A stretch of 64,000 bases of DNA, taken from NCBI GenBank assembly GCA_048128005.1, contig JBEUKZ010000034.1, forward strand, positions 1 through 64,000, read 5' to 3'. The notes below the pieces were generated by a model. That model searched no databases. It had not been told where the DNA came from and saw nothing but the letters and a program-made list of their open reading frames with translations. The translations under genes and the position numbers were made by a program. This DNA is from Veleropilina oligotropha (lineage: Eukaryota). Positions 23,478-34,582 of the stretch are shown here, in pieces. The first letter of the stretch is position 1, and every line of letters starts with the position of its first letter.

Positions 23478-24800
23478 TTATGGTTTAATATAGGTCACGG
23501 TGCGAGATTTATCGATTTCGAGCAGAGATGGAAAAATGGCACAGGCAAGACAATTTATTGACTGTGTGATTGCAGATTGAAATCTTATTTCCAAACGGGT
23601 GTTTCCATGTTGAATCAAATTAATATATTTCGTTCCTAAATCGCACGGGTCCAAGGTAAATACAAAGAAAGAATATCCATCCGCGAAATCGGTTCTATTT
23701 ATCGCTAGTCCGCCATCTTTATTTGCCAGGTTGCACATGCTGAATAAATTATTGTAAGCTGCTGCGTTTCCACCTTTCAAACTGAAGTCTAGTTTCAATG
23801 GTGCTCCAGGAAGACTTTCTCCGTTGACATAAAGACCAACTTCATTAACGTTAAAATGTTCAAAATTAAACGGGTTGCCGGTATACGATCCATTAACAGA
23901 CATTTGATTAATTAGTCCAATGATTAACTTTGACGGCCGAGCATTTGGCCACATATTATCCCAAAAGAATTCATTCGAGCCTTGTGCTATCGTATTCATT
24001 TTCACTTCTGTTCTTTCGAGTGCATATTTTGCAGGGATTTCTTCCAATTTCTTCACGTTATGTAATATGATACCCGAATCAAGCCGTACTTTAGCAACTT
24101 TATAAATAACGTCGATTAATTCAAGTTTATATGCTGCTGAATTTTCTTCTGACATGAATATAAATGGTGATCTGGATCTGAACATTTTAATGTAAATATC
24201 GACACCATTCAGCAAAAATTTATCCAAAGAAAATATATCTTCAAGTAACGGTCCCTCCATTTGAAAAGGTTGGCTATCTTTTGTGTAAATATAACGTGCC
24301 CTGAGACCGCTATTAAAAGTGTTTACAGGGTCAGTTCCCTCCATTGGTGAAACGTCTTTAAAAAATAACTGGCTTTGTAGCTGAGACTTCTGTTCGTCGG
24401 TTCCTGAAGACAATATGGTTTTAAGATATGCTTTCCACGGATAATTACTCGTATTCAATGATACAAGTTTATTATTCATGTACACATCAATCTGTGACCA
24501 CATCGCATGTAATGGTAAATTAATAATGCCTATCTTTTCATCTTTAGCGAGTTGCGTTCCATCTGCTCTAAGGATTCTTGCTTTAACATACAAACGACTG
24601 CGTTTTAAATCAATGTATTCAGGTCCTTGTCCAGAAATTAAAATTTCCACGGGTGCATCTTCATTGTTAATGGAAGAAATAGGCCGTGCTTCGGCATAAT
24701 ACATTTTATTAATAGCCACTTGGTTTGGGGGTACGGAAAATAGTGCTAATTCTGCCGGTAAAGAAACTTCCTTGTTGTCTTCGCTGAGATAAGAGGCCAT
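23478..24800 (-). CDS. Major capsid protein (double jelly-roll, Polinton PY/hexon-like), 440 aa
   Basis: ELALF..PP.Q N-terminus, YIDL..SRLYVK, NYPWKAYL and NPFNFEHF motifs typical of Polinton MCPs. Confidence 0.9.
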   Translation of the reverse strand: MASYLSEDNKEVSLPAELALFSVPPNQVAINKMYYAEARPISSINNEDAPVEILISGQGPEYIDLKRSRLYVKARILRADGTQLAKDEKIGIINLPLHAMWSQIDVYMNNKLVSLNTSNYPWKAYLKTILSSGTDEQKSQLQSQLFFKDVSPMEGTDPVNTFNSGLRARYIYTKDSQPFQMEGPLLEDIFSLDKFLLNGVDIYIKMFRSRSPFIFMSEENSAAYKLELIDVIYKVAKVRLDSGIILHNVKKLEEIPAKYALERTEVKMNTIAQGSNEFFWDNMWPNARPSKLIIGLINQMSVNGSYTGNPFNFEHFNVNEVGLYVNGESLPGAPLKLDFSLKGGNAAAYNNLFSMCNLANKDGGLAINRTDFADGYSFFVFTLDPCDLGTKYINLIQHGNTRLEIRFQSAITQSINCLACAIFPSLLEIDKSRTVTYIKP

Positions 24801-24802
24801 TT

Positions 24803-25228
24803 CTATTCTTGACTGTTGCGGGAAAATATAGTTTCAGGTGTTCTCTTCTTGACTGCTTTTGACAAAGTGACGATTTTTCTTTTCCTTCCTCTAGTTACAT
24901 TGCCAGCTTGTTTCTGATTGGTCAATTTAAACGCATTCTGATTGGTCAATTTAATCTCTTCCTTATTCCTTGCGTTCTGATTGGTCAATTTAATCGCATT
25001 CTGATTGGTCAATTCGATGTGGGGTTCATCTTTTTCGTGTTCGACTTTTGCCCTTTCGTTCACTGCAGCCATCGGTGTAGTCATGGGGATCATGTAGGGA
25101 GTTCTATATATGCCGGCCATGCCTCTTTTTTGTGGATAAGGAGAATATGAACTGACTTTACCATCGTATAAATCTTGATATATTTGATCCCATTGTCCTG
25201 GCACGCTAACATACAGTTTTCCTGACAT
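24803..25228 (-). CDS. Hypothetical basic Polinton protein (possible core protein), 141 aa, with LTNQN repeats
   Basis: Tightly packed between mCP and MCP, with an NLS-like RGRKRK. Confidence 0.6.
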   Translation of the reverse strand: MSGKLYVSVPGQWDQIYQDLYDGKVSSYSPYPQKRGMAGIYRTPYMIPMTTPMAAVNERAKVEHEKDEPHIELTNQNAIKLTNQNARNKEEIKLTNQNAFKLTNQKQAGNVTRGRKRKIVTLSKAVKKRTPETIFSRNSQE

Positions 25229-25613
25229 GTTTAAAATGAAGTGTCACCGTCACTGCCTCGTTCAGAAATGAAGCTTTGTTGTCATTAGCATCTTTTATAT
25301 ACAAATGGATGTGGTGCAAACGGCTCTGCTTCAACGGAATATAATATGGATTCTGATATATTACAGAACTGCTATTTGTAACTCGTCTTAATAATGGCAC
25401 CTCTTTGCCCCCAACAAAACTTTCTGTACACGCATCGAAATATACGTATAGATCTCTTCTGAATTTGGACTTTTTCCTCGAAAATTCCGTTAATGCCACA
25501 GCCCAACGACCCTCAAATTTTACTTCTCTATCCAATTGCACGCGAAAATCATAGGGCGTATTTTCAAAGTACTCGGAGCTGTCGGTAGACGTCAACACCA
25601 TACGAATGCTCAT
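25206..25613 (-). CDS. Minor capsid protein (penton, single jelly-roll), compact 135 aa
   Basis: LTSTDSSEYF.N...FRVQL...WAVALTE N-terminus and LLRRV...YYIPL...VTLHF C-terminus. Confidence 0.8.
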   Translation of the reverse strand: MSIRMVLTSTDSSEYFENTPYDFRVQLDREVKFEGRWAVALTEFSRKKSKFRRDLYVYFDACTESFVGGKEVPLLRRVTNSSSVIYQNPYYIPLKQSRLHHIHLYIKDANDNKASFLNEAVTVTLHFKHVRKTVC

Positions 25614-25634
25614 CGTGAAATGACTATATATCCA

Positions 25635-26720
25635 TTATCTATTTTGTATATCTGTTTCTGGAATCCACGAATTAAATTTCGTTGGCCAGCCCATCCATTT
25701 AACGAACACTTGCTTTTGACCCCGATGTTTTCTTCTCTTTAATATGGTTTCCACGTGCCACACGGCATCGTCACCCTTGTTGACCCTTTGCATTTCATTT
25801 TCATAGAAAGTGCCCTCTATTTTCTCATCCGCATAATCCTTTAACTGATATATGGGAATACGTTGACGTTTATATCTTTTAGCAACGATAAACAGCTCTT
25901 CGGTCCATTTTTGTTGATAATCACGTAAGAATGGATGTTTCAGATGCGATATTCTTACTTTATCATTCAGTTTAAATTTGTATTTCTTTGCGGGTCGCGT
26001 CTTTTTATCTTGAGACAAATACATTACATATCTAGCCTCGTCTTCATTTTGTTTTGTTATGCTGGCAGGTGTGCCTTGTCCTAACGATCTGTGTGGCCTA
26101 TTGTTGTAATTTAATACCAAATCTTGTAATATATCGTCGTATTTGTATGTTTGTTTGGCCGTGAAGTATTTAAACATCATACTTTTCAAGCTTCTGATTA
26201 CACGTTCGGCATAATTGGCTTTTGTTGAATTCTGGGTAAAACGGTAATTAATTCCTTCCTGCGATAAATACAATTTAACCCATCTGTTTTGAAATTCGCT
26301 CCCCTTATCAAATCGAACGGTGTGTGGCTTCCTGCCCTGTTTAAATATGGATTTGAAAGCTTGAACGACCGTTTTTCCTGTTTTGTTGGCTAATGGTACA
26401 ACCCAAAGGAAACGCGAAAATACATCGATGACTATCAATAAGAAGGCAATGCCATCGTTATGTTTACTTAAATTCTGCACATCTGCCAAATCAGCATCAA
26501 ACAACGAATCTAATCCTTTCACAATCACCTGGCTGCGCTTAAATTTTCTAATAACGCCCTTTTGTAAACTGTATGCGTCTTGGTTTTGAAGCCATTGATT
26601 GATTTGCTTTCTCGTGATTTTATATTTTTTCTCCTTTTGTACAATTTTATACAACTTTTCGGGTCCAGCATAACCTCTTTTTGAATCGTACCAGATATCT
26701 TTTAAATACTGATCCGTCAT
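25635..26720 (-). CDS. Retroviral-like (rve) integrase with C-terminal chromodomain
   Basis: DDE motifs DADLAD, FDKGSEF and AERVIR; YNNRPHRS; chromodomain VETILK...FVKWMGW...NSWIP. Confidence 0.95.
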   Translation of the reverse strand: MTDQYLKDIWYDSKRGYAGPEKLYKIVQKEKKYKITRKQINQWLQNQDAYSLQKGVIRKFKRSQVIVKGLDSLFDADLADVQNLSKHNDGIAFLLIVIDVFSRFLWVVPLANKTGKTVVQAFKSIFKQGRKPHTVRFDKGSEFQNRWVKLYLSQEGINYRFTQNSTKANYAERVIRSLKSMMFKYFTAKQTYKYDDILQDLVLNYNNRPHRSLGQGTPASITKQNEDEARYVMYLSQDKKTRPAKKYKFKLNDKVRISHLKHPFLRDYQQKWTEELFIVAKRYKRQRIPIYQLKDYADEKIEGTFYENEMQRVNKGDDAVWHVETILKRRKHRGQKQVFVKWMGWPTKFNSWIPETDIQNR

Positions 26721-26857
26721 ATCCAGACGATAAATAATGATATAAAATTATCAAATCAAACAACTCTTTAAGCATCTTCACTCCACGGCGACATAACGTA
26801 TACTAATGAAAATAATTGAAGTACACAATATATATATACTTTTTTATTGATACATAA

Positions 26858-27112
26858 TCATCCTTTATCCATCAAACTGTTGTTGACATTGGTCCCGTTG
26901 ATGGCCTGTACAGATGTCCGGGGTTCGGGAAGCGGTGGTGGTGACACGCATATTTTTCCTTTCTCGTACGTAATTCCAGCAGTGGTACACAATAATAATA
27001 ACACTATAATTCTAATTGTCCATTTCGCCTTGCCTTTCAATGTTAACGCTTCGACTTTCTCCATAATAATGATTCTTCTTGCTTGCGCGTAGTCTATTAA
27101 TACATTTCCCAC
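26858..27112 (-). CDS. Small predicted membrane protein, 84 aa
   Basis: Hydrophobic segment WTIRIIVLLLLCTTAGI, co-oriented within the cluster. Confidence 0.45.
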   Translation of the reverse strand: MGNVLIDYAQARRIIIMEKVEALTLKGKAKWTIRIIVLLLLCTTAGITYEKGKICVSPPPLPEPRTSVQAINGTNVNNSLMDKG

Positions 27113-27561
27113 ACCTTTTTATTAGGGTTACATTCAGGACACTCCAAAGCACCCCATAAGTTTTGATGATCGTCTCTTTGGTAGCAAATCTCTGTATCAT
27201 TAGGCATGTTATCGTTCCATTTTTTCAAATCTTCGTATTGTTCGTACGTTATGGTAACGCCTCTTTTCGTAGGACGTAATTCTAAGGCATCTTCTGGCAA
27301 CCAAAAATAACGTATATCCAAATGCGGGTACTGCTTGCTTATGCTCACATACACGTTTCCTCCTACATGATAGCGTAATGACGACAATTTTCCTTCTTCT
27401 ATTTCTTGGATAGCTTCATCGAAATTCCCAAAATTATTCTTAAATAACTTCCATCGGCATAGGGGAAATTCAACATATTTGTCATATTTCTTAATAATAA
27501 ATGAATCCTTAATTCTTTCTACCCAGCAATTTCTTCCGAGAATACATGTTGATTGTGCCAT
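27097..27561 (-). CDS. PC4/SUB1-like ssDNA-binding protein with a C-terminal CPEC motif
   Basis: VYVSI...LDIRYFW...RPTKRGVTITYEQY..L matches the PC4 fold signature. Confidence 0.8.
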   Translation of the reverse strand: MAQSTCILGRNCWVERIKDSFIIKKYDKYVEFPLCRWKLFKNNFGNFDEAIQEIEEGKLSSLRYHVGGNVYVSISKQYPHLDIRYFWLPEDALELRPTKRGVTITYEQYEDLKKWNDNMPNDTEICYQRDDHQNLWGALECPECNPNKKVWEMY

Positions 27562-27596
27562 GGCTTTCCTTAATATGACCTCTCCGCTCCAGCTGG

Positions 27597-27783
27597 CTAT
27601 TTATAGGTAAAAGTGTTACTAAAAATAGAAATGACGTCACCCCTTTGTTACTATAAATAGAAATGACGTCACCCCCTTGTTACTATAAATAGAAATGACG
27701 TCACCCCCTTGTTACTATAAATAGAAATGACGTCACCCCCTGTTACTAAAAATAGAAATGACGTCACAGAACTAAAAATAGAA
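27597..27783 (-). promoter_or_regulatory. ~32-bp tandem array (5 copies) of MEF2-like and CRE sites upstream of the minus-strand cluster
   Basis: Unit GTTACTA(A/T)AAATAGAAATGACGTCACCCC. Minus-strand TATAAATAG lies ~40 bp before the PC4 ATG. Confidence 0.7.
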
Positions 27784-27790
27784 CATGTCC

Positions 27791-28927
27791 AGACATGTCC
27801 AGAACAAGATCCACGACGTCACACGTCCAGACATGTCCAGAACAAGTCATGTTCCATGACGTCACAAGTCGAATTTATATAATCATCATATGGCGATTAT
27901 AAAATAGAGATTATTAATAATGCCAAATTTAAAACCGGATGTAGAATTATATGATAATAGCGTTGAAATATGACCCCCATTTTTAAAAATGGATGCTATT
28001 TCTACCCGCGAAATAAAAAACAATGGCAGACATTCGCAGAAATATGACTCATGACAAGACTCATGACATGACGTTACCAAACAAGACCAGATAAAAAAAA
28101 ATAGAACTGAACAATCATACTAGACCAGAACTGAACACAAAGACCATACCTGACCAGATAAAAAAAATAGAACTGAACGAAGACTATGAACATACTAGAC
28201 TAAACTAGCTAACATACTAGCTAACATAGACCATACTAGCCTAGACTAGTTAACATACTAGCTAACACACTAGCTAACATACTAGCTAACACACTAGCTA
28301 ACATACTAGCTAACATAGCAGCTAACATAGGCGATACTAGCTAACATAGACCATACCAGCTAGGGCTAGGGCTTGGGGCAGGGTTGGTGTTAGGGTTGAC
28401 CCAATTAGGGTTAGGGCCAGGGTTAGGGTTGAGGGGTAGGGTTGACCTACTTAGGGTTAGGGCTGAGGGTTAGGGTTGATGCCCCAATTAGGGTTAGGGT
28501 TTGCATACCAATTAGGGATAGGGTTAGGGTTGACCTACTTAGGGTTGACCCGCTTAGGGTTAGGGTTGACCCAATTAGGGTTAGGGTTAGGGTTGACCTA
28601 CTTAGGGTTGACCTAGTTAGGGTTAGGGGCAGGGTTAGGGTTGACCTACTTAGGTTGACCTACTTAGGGTTGACCTACTTAGGGTTAGGGTTTGACCCAA
28701 TTAGGGTTAGGGCTGGGGTTAGCCACCATATGGGTTGACCTAGTTAGGGTTGGTGACCTACTTAGGGTGACCTACTTAGGTTGACCTACTTAGGGTGACC
28801 TACTTAGGGTTGGTGACCTAGTTAGGGTTGACCTAGTTAGGGTTGACCTAGTTAGGGTTAGGGGAAAGGCCCAAAACCTGGGGTTAGAACCCTAATCTGG
28901 TAGTCAAGAAACATGACTACTACTCCT
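27791..28927 (-). repeat. Right TIR of the Polinton, with TTAGGG/TTGACC arrays
   Basis: Reverse complement of 12035-13317. Confidence 0.95.
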
Positions 28928-30049
28928 GTGTGAAACATGGCTTAACGAATCCATAACCGATGACCAATTATATATACCTGGTTATACCTTACTACGCAAA
29001 GATAGAAATCGCCACGGTGGGGGCGTAGCCCTCTATATATCCAACCTATATCAGTTTTCTAGACGCGTAGACCTTGAAATTGTCTCATTGGAAATGATTT
29101 GTGCAAATATTATTGTGAATAACAAACATTTTATTGTATGCTTTGCCTATCGGCCACCAAACAAAAACCTAAACGATTGGCTTAACCAATTCTCCGATTT
29201 CCTTGAAAACACTGACCGATTAAATATTCCAGTTATTATATTTGGTGACCTTAATGTCAATATTTTCTCTGTAGTTTCTATACCAACTATCAACCTGTTT
29301 TCAATGTTTAATTTTATACAACATGTTGATATGCCCACAAGAATTACAAATGCTTCTCAAACTCTGATTGATATAGTCTTCAGCAATTCTCCTGGGATCA
29401 TTAACGACGTATCAGTATTAGACCCTATTTGTAGTGATCACTGTCCACTTCTAATATCACTGACTTTGAAGAGAAAATTAAAACTTTGCTTTAAGCGAAA
29501 AATCTGGAAATACAACTTAGCAAATTTTGATCTATTGTCAAACCTCATCTCACAGTTTCCGTGGGATGATTTACATAGGGAACCTCATACTGACCAGGTG
29601 CGTCGCGACCGGGGGGGTATTTACCCCCCTAAAATTTTGGGTGCAAGTGCCCTTGCATAAGCTTAATGTTAACGCCATTACACTATACGGACTTCATCGA
29701 AGACAAAATTAGCAACATACCATAAATATGTTAAGGTATTTTGTTCTTAAATACCAGGAAAATGCATCTGAGGCAATTAAATTCTCAAAATTTCATGGAG
29801 GGGTCCCCCATACCCCCCGCAAAGGGCTTCGCGCCTTCGGCGCTCGCATTACTGGCTCGGGCAATATGCATACTAGTACTTGCCAACCCTACCGACTCAC
29901 GCGGTAGGCTACCGATTTTATAAGACTACTACCGACTACCGTTTTAAATAGATACGCATACCGATTCGAGATTTTAATAGCGAGTACGCAGTGCATGCGA
30001 ACGGCAATGTATGCCTGTACGGTAGTACACGGGAAAGATTATTTGCCAT

Positions 30050-30196
30050 GATCGAACACAGGGGCATGTAACGCTGTTTATCGTTCGTATGTTTCCGTTT
30101 GACGATTAGCGCAGTTCATTGTTACTATGAACTGCGCTAATCGTCAAACGGAAACAGACGAACGAAAAACAGCGTTACACGCCCCTGTGTGATCGA
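30050..30196. repeat. ~145-bp palindrome
   Basis: ACACAGGGGC...GCGCAGTTCAT / ATGAACTGCGC...GCCCCTGTGT. Confidence 0.85.
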
Positions 30197-30644
30197 ATAC
30201 GCGACCTGACAATACGCGTTTCGGTAATATAAAGTCCGCGAAGACGGTAGCGCGTTATGGCTATGTCACGCATAATATTCAACCAATGAAATTGCCAGGA
30301 GGGTTTGCTGGTCAATCTTTGCCATGGTCGATTTCGCGAATAATTATTGCTTGCAAAGTTGGCCCTAGCTATTTCGTTCATTAGTTTTGTAAGCGTAATC
30401 AATAAAGACATTTCATTGCGAGTTTTCCGGATATGCATAAACTAGGCCTATATGCAACATATTAGATAATCGTACCGAATGTTCAATCAATATCATTAAT
30501 GATTTGTGGCATTGGCTAGACAATTACTGCAGTTGAACAAGTTCTTCCGTTATCTTATCAGCGATTCGCCGTCAGAATTCCCCCCCCCCCCTAGAACACT
30601 TGTAAACCATGTCCGTAATATAGCGACTGTAAAAAATAGTATTG

Positions 30645-33453
30645 ATTTAAACAATATTTTATTGACGTAAACCTACATCAAAAGGATCGACGAACAGGCA
30701 AATTGCCTATGCTAACATCTCTCCTATAATTACAACTTAAAATACAATAAAATAACATGAGAGCACAAAACTATATATGATAAACTGAATGAATATGATA
30801 GATGATGTTTAAGTATACTATTAATAAATTTGTAATGCTATACTACTTCAAAAATGAATGAATCGTTTCGATTTGCCAAAAATATGATAGTAACAAAATA
30901 ATTGTTATATAGGAAAATAGTAATAGTAGGATAAAAACAGAGTAACGAAAACAACAAGTATTGACAATATATTACGATTATACTAACGAGACAAAAACCG
31001 CCCCGTAGCTATAATAAAGTCTTGAACATGTTCGAATGCTTCTTCATTTGTGTTCAGATTTTGGTCGGGATTGCCGTCGTGGCTCAGTGGGTTGTTCACA
31101 GGACTCTGGTCACAGAGTCTCGAGTTCGCCCCCAAAGCTCGGCGATTTCACTTGGGCAAGGAAATAAGCATATATTTGCCTCGGTCCACCCAGCCGATCT
31201 GAATGGGTACCTGGTTGGCAGTTATGTAAGTCACGGCGCTACCCGCGTGTAAATGACTGTAATGCTCCCAGAGGGAGTTGAGATAGTACATCGAGTGTAG
31301 CAGGCCCATAACCAGGGGTAATAATGTTCAGCGCATTGAGACACTAGCGTAATAATGCGCTATATAAGACCGGAGTATTATTATTATTATAAAAGGAATG
31401 CAGTTCGTCTCATATGAAATGGAATAGTTGATAAATAAGAAACCCTCTGCATTTCATAGAGAGGACAATACAACAAATAGTGTTCAGCTGTTTCAGAGTA
31501 ATAACCACAGTTGCAAGATGCATCATCCGAAATGAATCGCATAAACATATCAGTCTTTAAATCACTGCAGTTTAATCTTAGTCTTGCATGTAGAATTTGT
31601 GCATTTCTCTTACCACGATAATAATACGAAGGTACCGATTTGTCTTTAGATTTTAATAACATTTTTAACGTCGATAATGTATCAGCATTTCTCAAGGCAA
31701 TATCAGTTTCATTCCATAATTTTATAGTAGAAGGGAAAAATGAATCAGAATAAAAATGTGTATTCGCATGTAATTGAGTAATATTTTGGGAATTTCTCAA
31801 CGAATACTCGGTTCTAACATTTACCTTTGGCGGTATTAAGAAACGCATGTACGAAGGAGTCAAACCATTCATTATTTTATAAAACAAGATGAGTTTATGT
31901 CGCTTACGCCTTTCAATTAGTGTTACGAATCCAGACTCGGAGTATAATGAAGTATGGCTTGTGCCACGAACGGCACCAATGATCGACCGAAGACAATCCA
32001 ACTGAAGGTTTTCCAAAACTTGCGATTGGCGAGTAGTGCAATTGTTCCATAATACATCAGCATAGTCAAATATAGGTAATATAAAAGACTTATATAGAGT
32101 TTATAGTGCTCTCCTAGAAAGCTTATACTTCAAGCTGCGCAATACACACACGAGAGACCCCGATTTTTTCAAAAGGCTCTCAATGTGAATGTCCCATGTT
32201 GCTGATTTTTTAAAGTAAACCCCGAGATGTTTATGTTCAAATACCTCCCGTAAGGCATAAGTATTCATATATAAAGGTGGGTGATTTACAGGAGCATGTT
32301 TATGGGAAAACAGAAGCGATTCCGTCTTTTCCTGCCTAAACTCAACTTGCCAGTTTTCGGCCCAGATATATATTTTGTTTAGATCCGAGTTAAGAATATC
32401 AGAGCATGCCGAGGCATTTTCAACTACAATATATAGAGATGTATCGTCAGCGAATAAACGGACATTTGACTGTAAATCATTTACAATATCGTTAATATAG
32501 ACAAGAAAGAATAATGGTCCCAACACAGATCCCTGCGGCACACCAGCTGATACAGATTGCAATTTAGATGTTTTTCCATTTAGAATTACCCTTTGACGAC
32601 GATCCTTGAGATAATCTTCACACCAGTTTAATAGTTTGCCACGAATACCTATCCCGTGTAATTTATGAATGAGGCCCTTGTGCCAGACTTTATCAAATGC
32701 TTTTGAAATATCACAAAAGACAGTTCGGACCTCCTTTCCATCATCGATAGCCTTGGATATAAAATTATATAGGTCTAAAAGTTGGTTTACAGTGCAATCA
32801 CCAGGTGTAAAACCAGACTGTAAAGAAGTTATACGGTTATTTGAGAGAAAAAAATTATAAATGTATTTGTAAACACATTTTTCGAAAATCTTACTTATCG
32901 AACTTGTCAGTGCTATGGGACGATAATTACTACACATGGTTCTATTCTTTTTTTTATATAAAGGCATCACATTTGCACTCTTCCAAGAGTTGGGAAATTT
33001 TTCTTTATTCAAGGAGGCGTTAAATAATAACGCCAGTGGGTGGGCCAATTCATCTGAACATTTGTTAAAAAATTTATTACTTATATCATTTGGGCCACAT
33101 GCTTTACTGGTATTTATAGATTTTAGGATATCTTTAACATCTTGATCTGATATAGAAATTTGACTTAAAGAAGAATATTCCACTGGAATATTTACAAGGT
33201 GTTTGTCATTATTAATTACAGTTGCATGACTTACAAAATAATCATTAAATATTTCAGCCATTTCAGTACTATCATCGATAATCTCGTCATTGACAACTAA
33301 TGAAGAAATTTCGCGATTTGGTCTGGACGAGTAAAGCTGTGATTTAACTAATTTCCACCACTCTTTACTACCAAATAGGTAGTTGTCATTTATTTTATCA
33401 GATATTGATTGATAATATTCGCGTTTAACCCTACGCAACTCTGTATTGAACAA
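30645..33453 (-). mobile_element. 5'-truncated CR1-like LINE (RT ORFs 32101..33453 and 31387..32016), disrupted
   Basis: NYRPIALTS, GVPQGSVLGP, LFADD and C-terminal CNCG...EHYLLYC; interrupted by a SINE. Confidence 0.9.
31067..31390 (+). mobile_element. tRNA-derived SINE (second family) with an L2-like 3' end and (TAT)n tail
   Basis: A-box TGGCTCAGTGG, B-box-like GAGTTCGCCCC, CCACCCAGC...AATGGGTACC core and GCGCTATATAAG...TATTATT tail. Confidence 0.75.
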
Positions 33454-34318
33454 ACGAAGTACCGTACGTAGTCAATTTATATTCCAGAATTCAGGAATAT
33501 ATGTGGGCGAGTACTGATATTATCGAATATTTATTTTAACATGTTTTTAATAATTTCGGCTCTCCAAACATGAAATTTTGAGGCAAAAATAATGTCAATT
33601 TTGGCCTAGAATTCAGGAGAACGCTTCTCAGAGCTTCTAAATTAAAAAACCTTGGGGGGGGGCATGCCCCCAAACCCCCATAGATATTCGCGGCCTACGG
33701 CCGCTCACGTGGTTACCTCTTTATTGCCATAAAAGGTTGGGAAGTATGCAATATGAGGTGCCCTTGGTTAATGATACCCCGCTAAAATCAAAATGGTTGC
33801 GACGCCCCTGCTGACCTTTTATGTTCTAAATTTACAAACAATTTAAAAGAAATGATGCATACCGCAATACCAACGCAGATAGTAACAATACGACCAAGGG
33901 ATAAACCTTGGCTTAATAACGAAATACGTCGCTGGATGCGGAAACGCAATAGAGTGCACACCAGATGTAAAATCCAAAATTCTCCAGCTGCGTGGGCAAA
34001 ATTTCGTAGATTAAGAAACAAAGTTGTTGACCTTGTAACATCCGCCAAAAGAAATTTAAATGATAAAATATATAATAACTTAAATGCCACAAACAACAAT
34101 TCCAGAACTTGGTGGAACTTACTGAAATCTGTTTACGGACCTAGTACAAACAGCTCCATTAATTATATTAAAAGTAGAGAAAATAAAGTAATATCCGATA
34201 ACTTGGCCATAGCTCATATTTTAAATGAACATTTTACTCAAGTTTCCTCAATTGATGATACCAATGTTCCCACCCCAAATATAGACACATTAACAAATAA
34301 CACTCTCTCTTGTATAAA

Positions 34319-34582
34319 GGCCGCTTCGGTAGCGCAGTGGGTAGAGTGTCCACTTTAACTTCACTGGCTTGTTTCCGCTGACGCGAACAGTAGTGGGATC
34401 GACCCCCGGCTGAGGCAGCACACATTTGTTCAAGTTATGAAGCACAGTTGTCCGTGACTGGCCGAAGAGGGCGGGTTTACCCGGCGACCGGGGTTTCCTC
34501 CCGCGATAACACGGACATGTCCTGCCTTGAACCTCGATGTTATAAATATACAGGACATTAAGCATAATTCCTCCTCCTCCTC
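34319..34582 (+). mobile_element. Full-length tRNA-derived SINE with (CCT)n tail and 12-bp TSD
   Basis: A-box TAGCGCAGTGG, B-box GGGATCGACCC, TSD CTCTTGTATAAA (34307-34318, 34583-34594). Confidence 0.9.

Larger units (their letters stand above)
12035..28927. mobile_element. Polinton/Maverick (adintovirus-like endogenous dsDNA virus), ~16.9 kb, core ORFs intact
   Basis: Termini 5'-AGGAGTAGTAGT...ACTACTACTCCT-3', long TIRs, and pPolB, integrase, MCP, mCP and A32 ATPase genes. Confidence 0.97.
29869..33748. mobile_element. Second (inner) MITE-type element
   Basis: TIRs CATAC...TTGCCAACC / GGTTGGGAAGTATG and direct repeat CAATATG on both flanks. Confidence 0.65.
29595..33810. mobile_element. 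MITE-type DNA element (outer) inserted in LINE ORF2, carrying nested elements
   Basis: TIRs CAGGTGCGTCGCGACC / GGTTGCGACGCCCCTG and direct repeat CTGAC (29590-29594, 33811-33815). Confidence 0.8.

Noticed and set aside
34319..34420. tRNA gene
   Set aside because: This is the tRNA-derived head of a SINE with a TSD and tail; it does not form a canonical cloverleaf.
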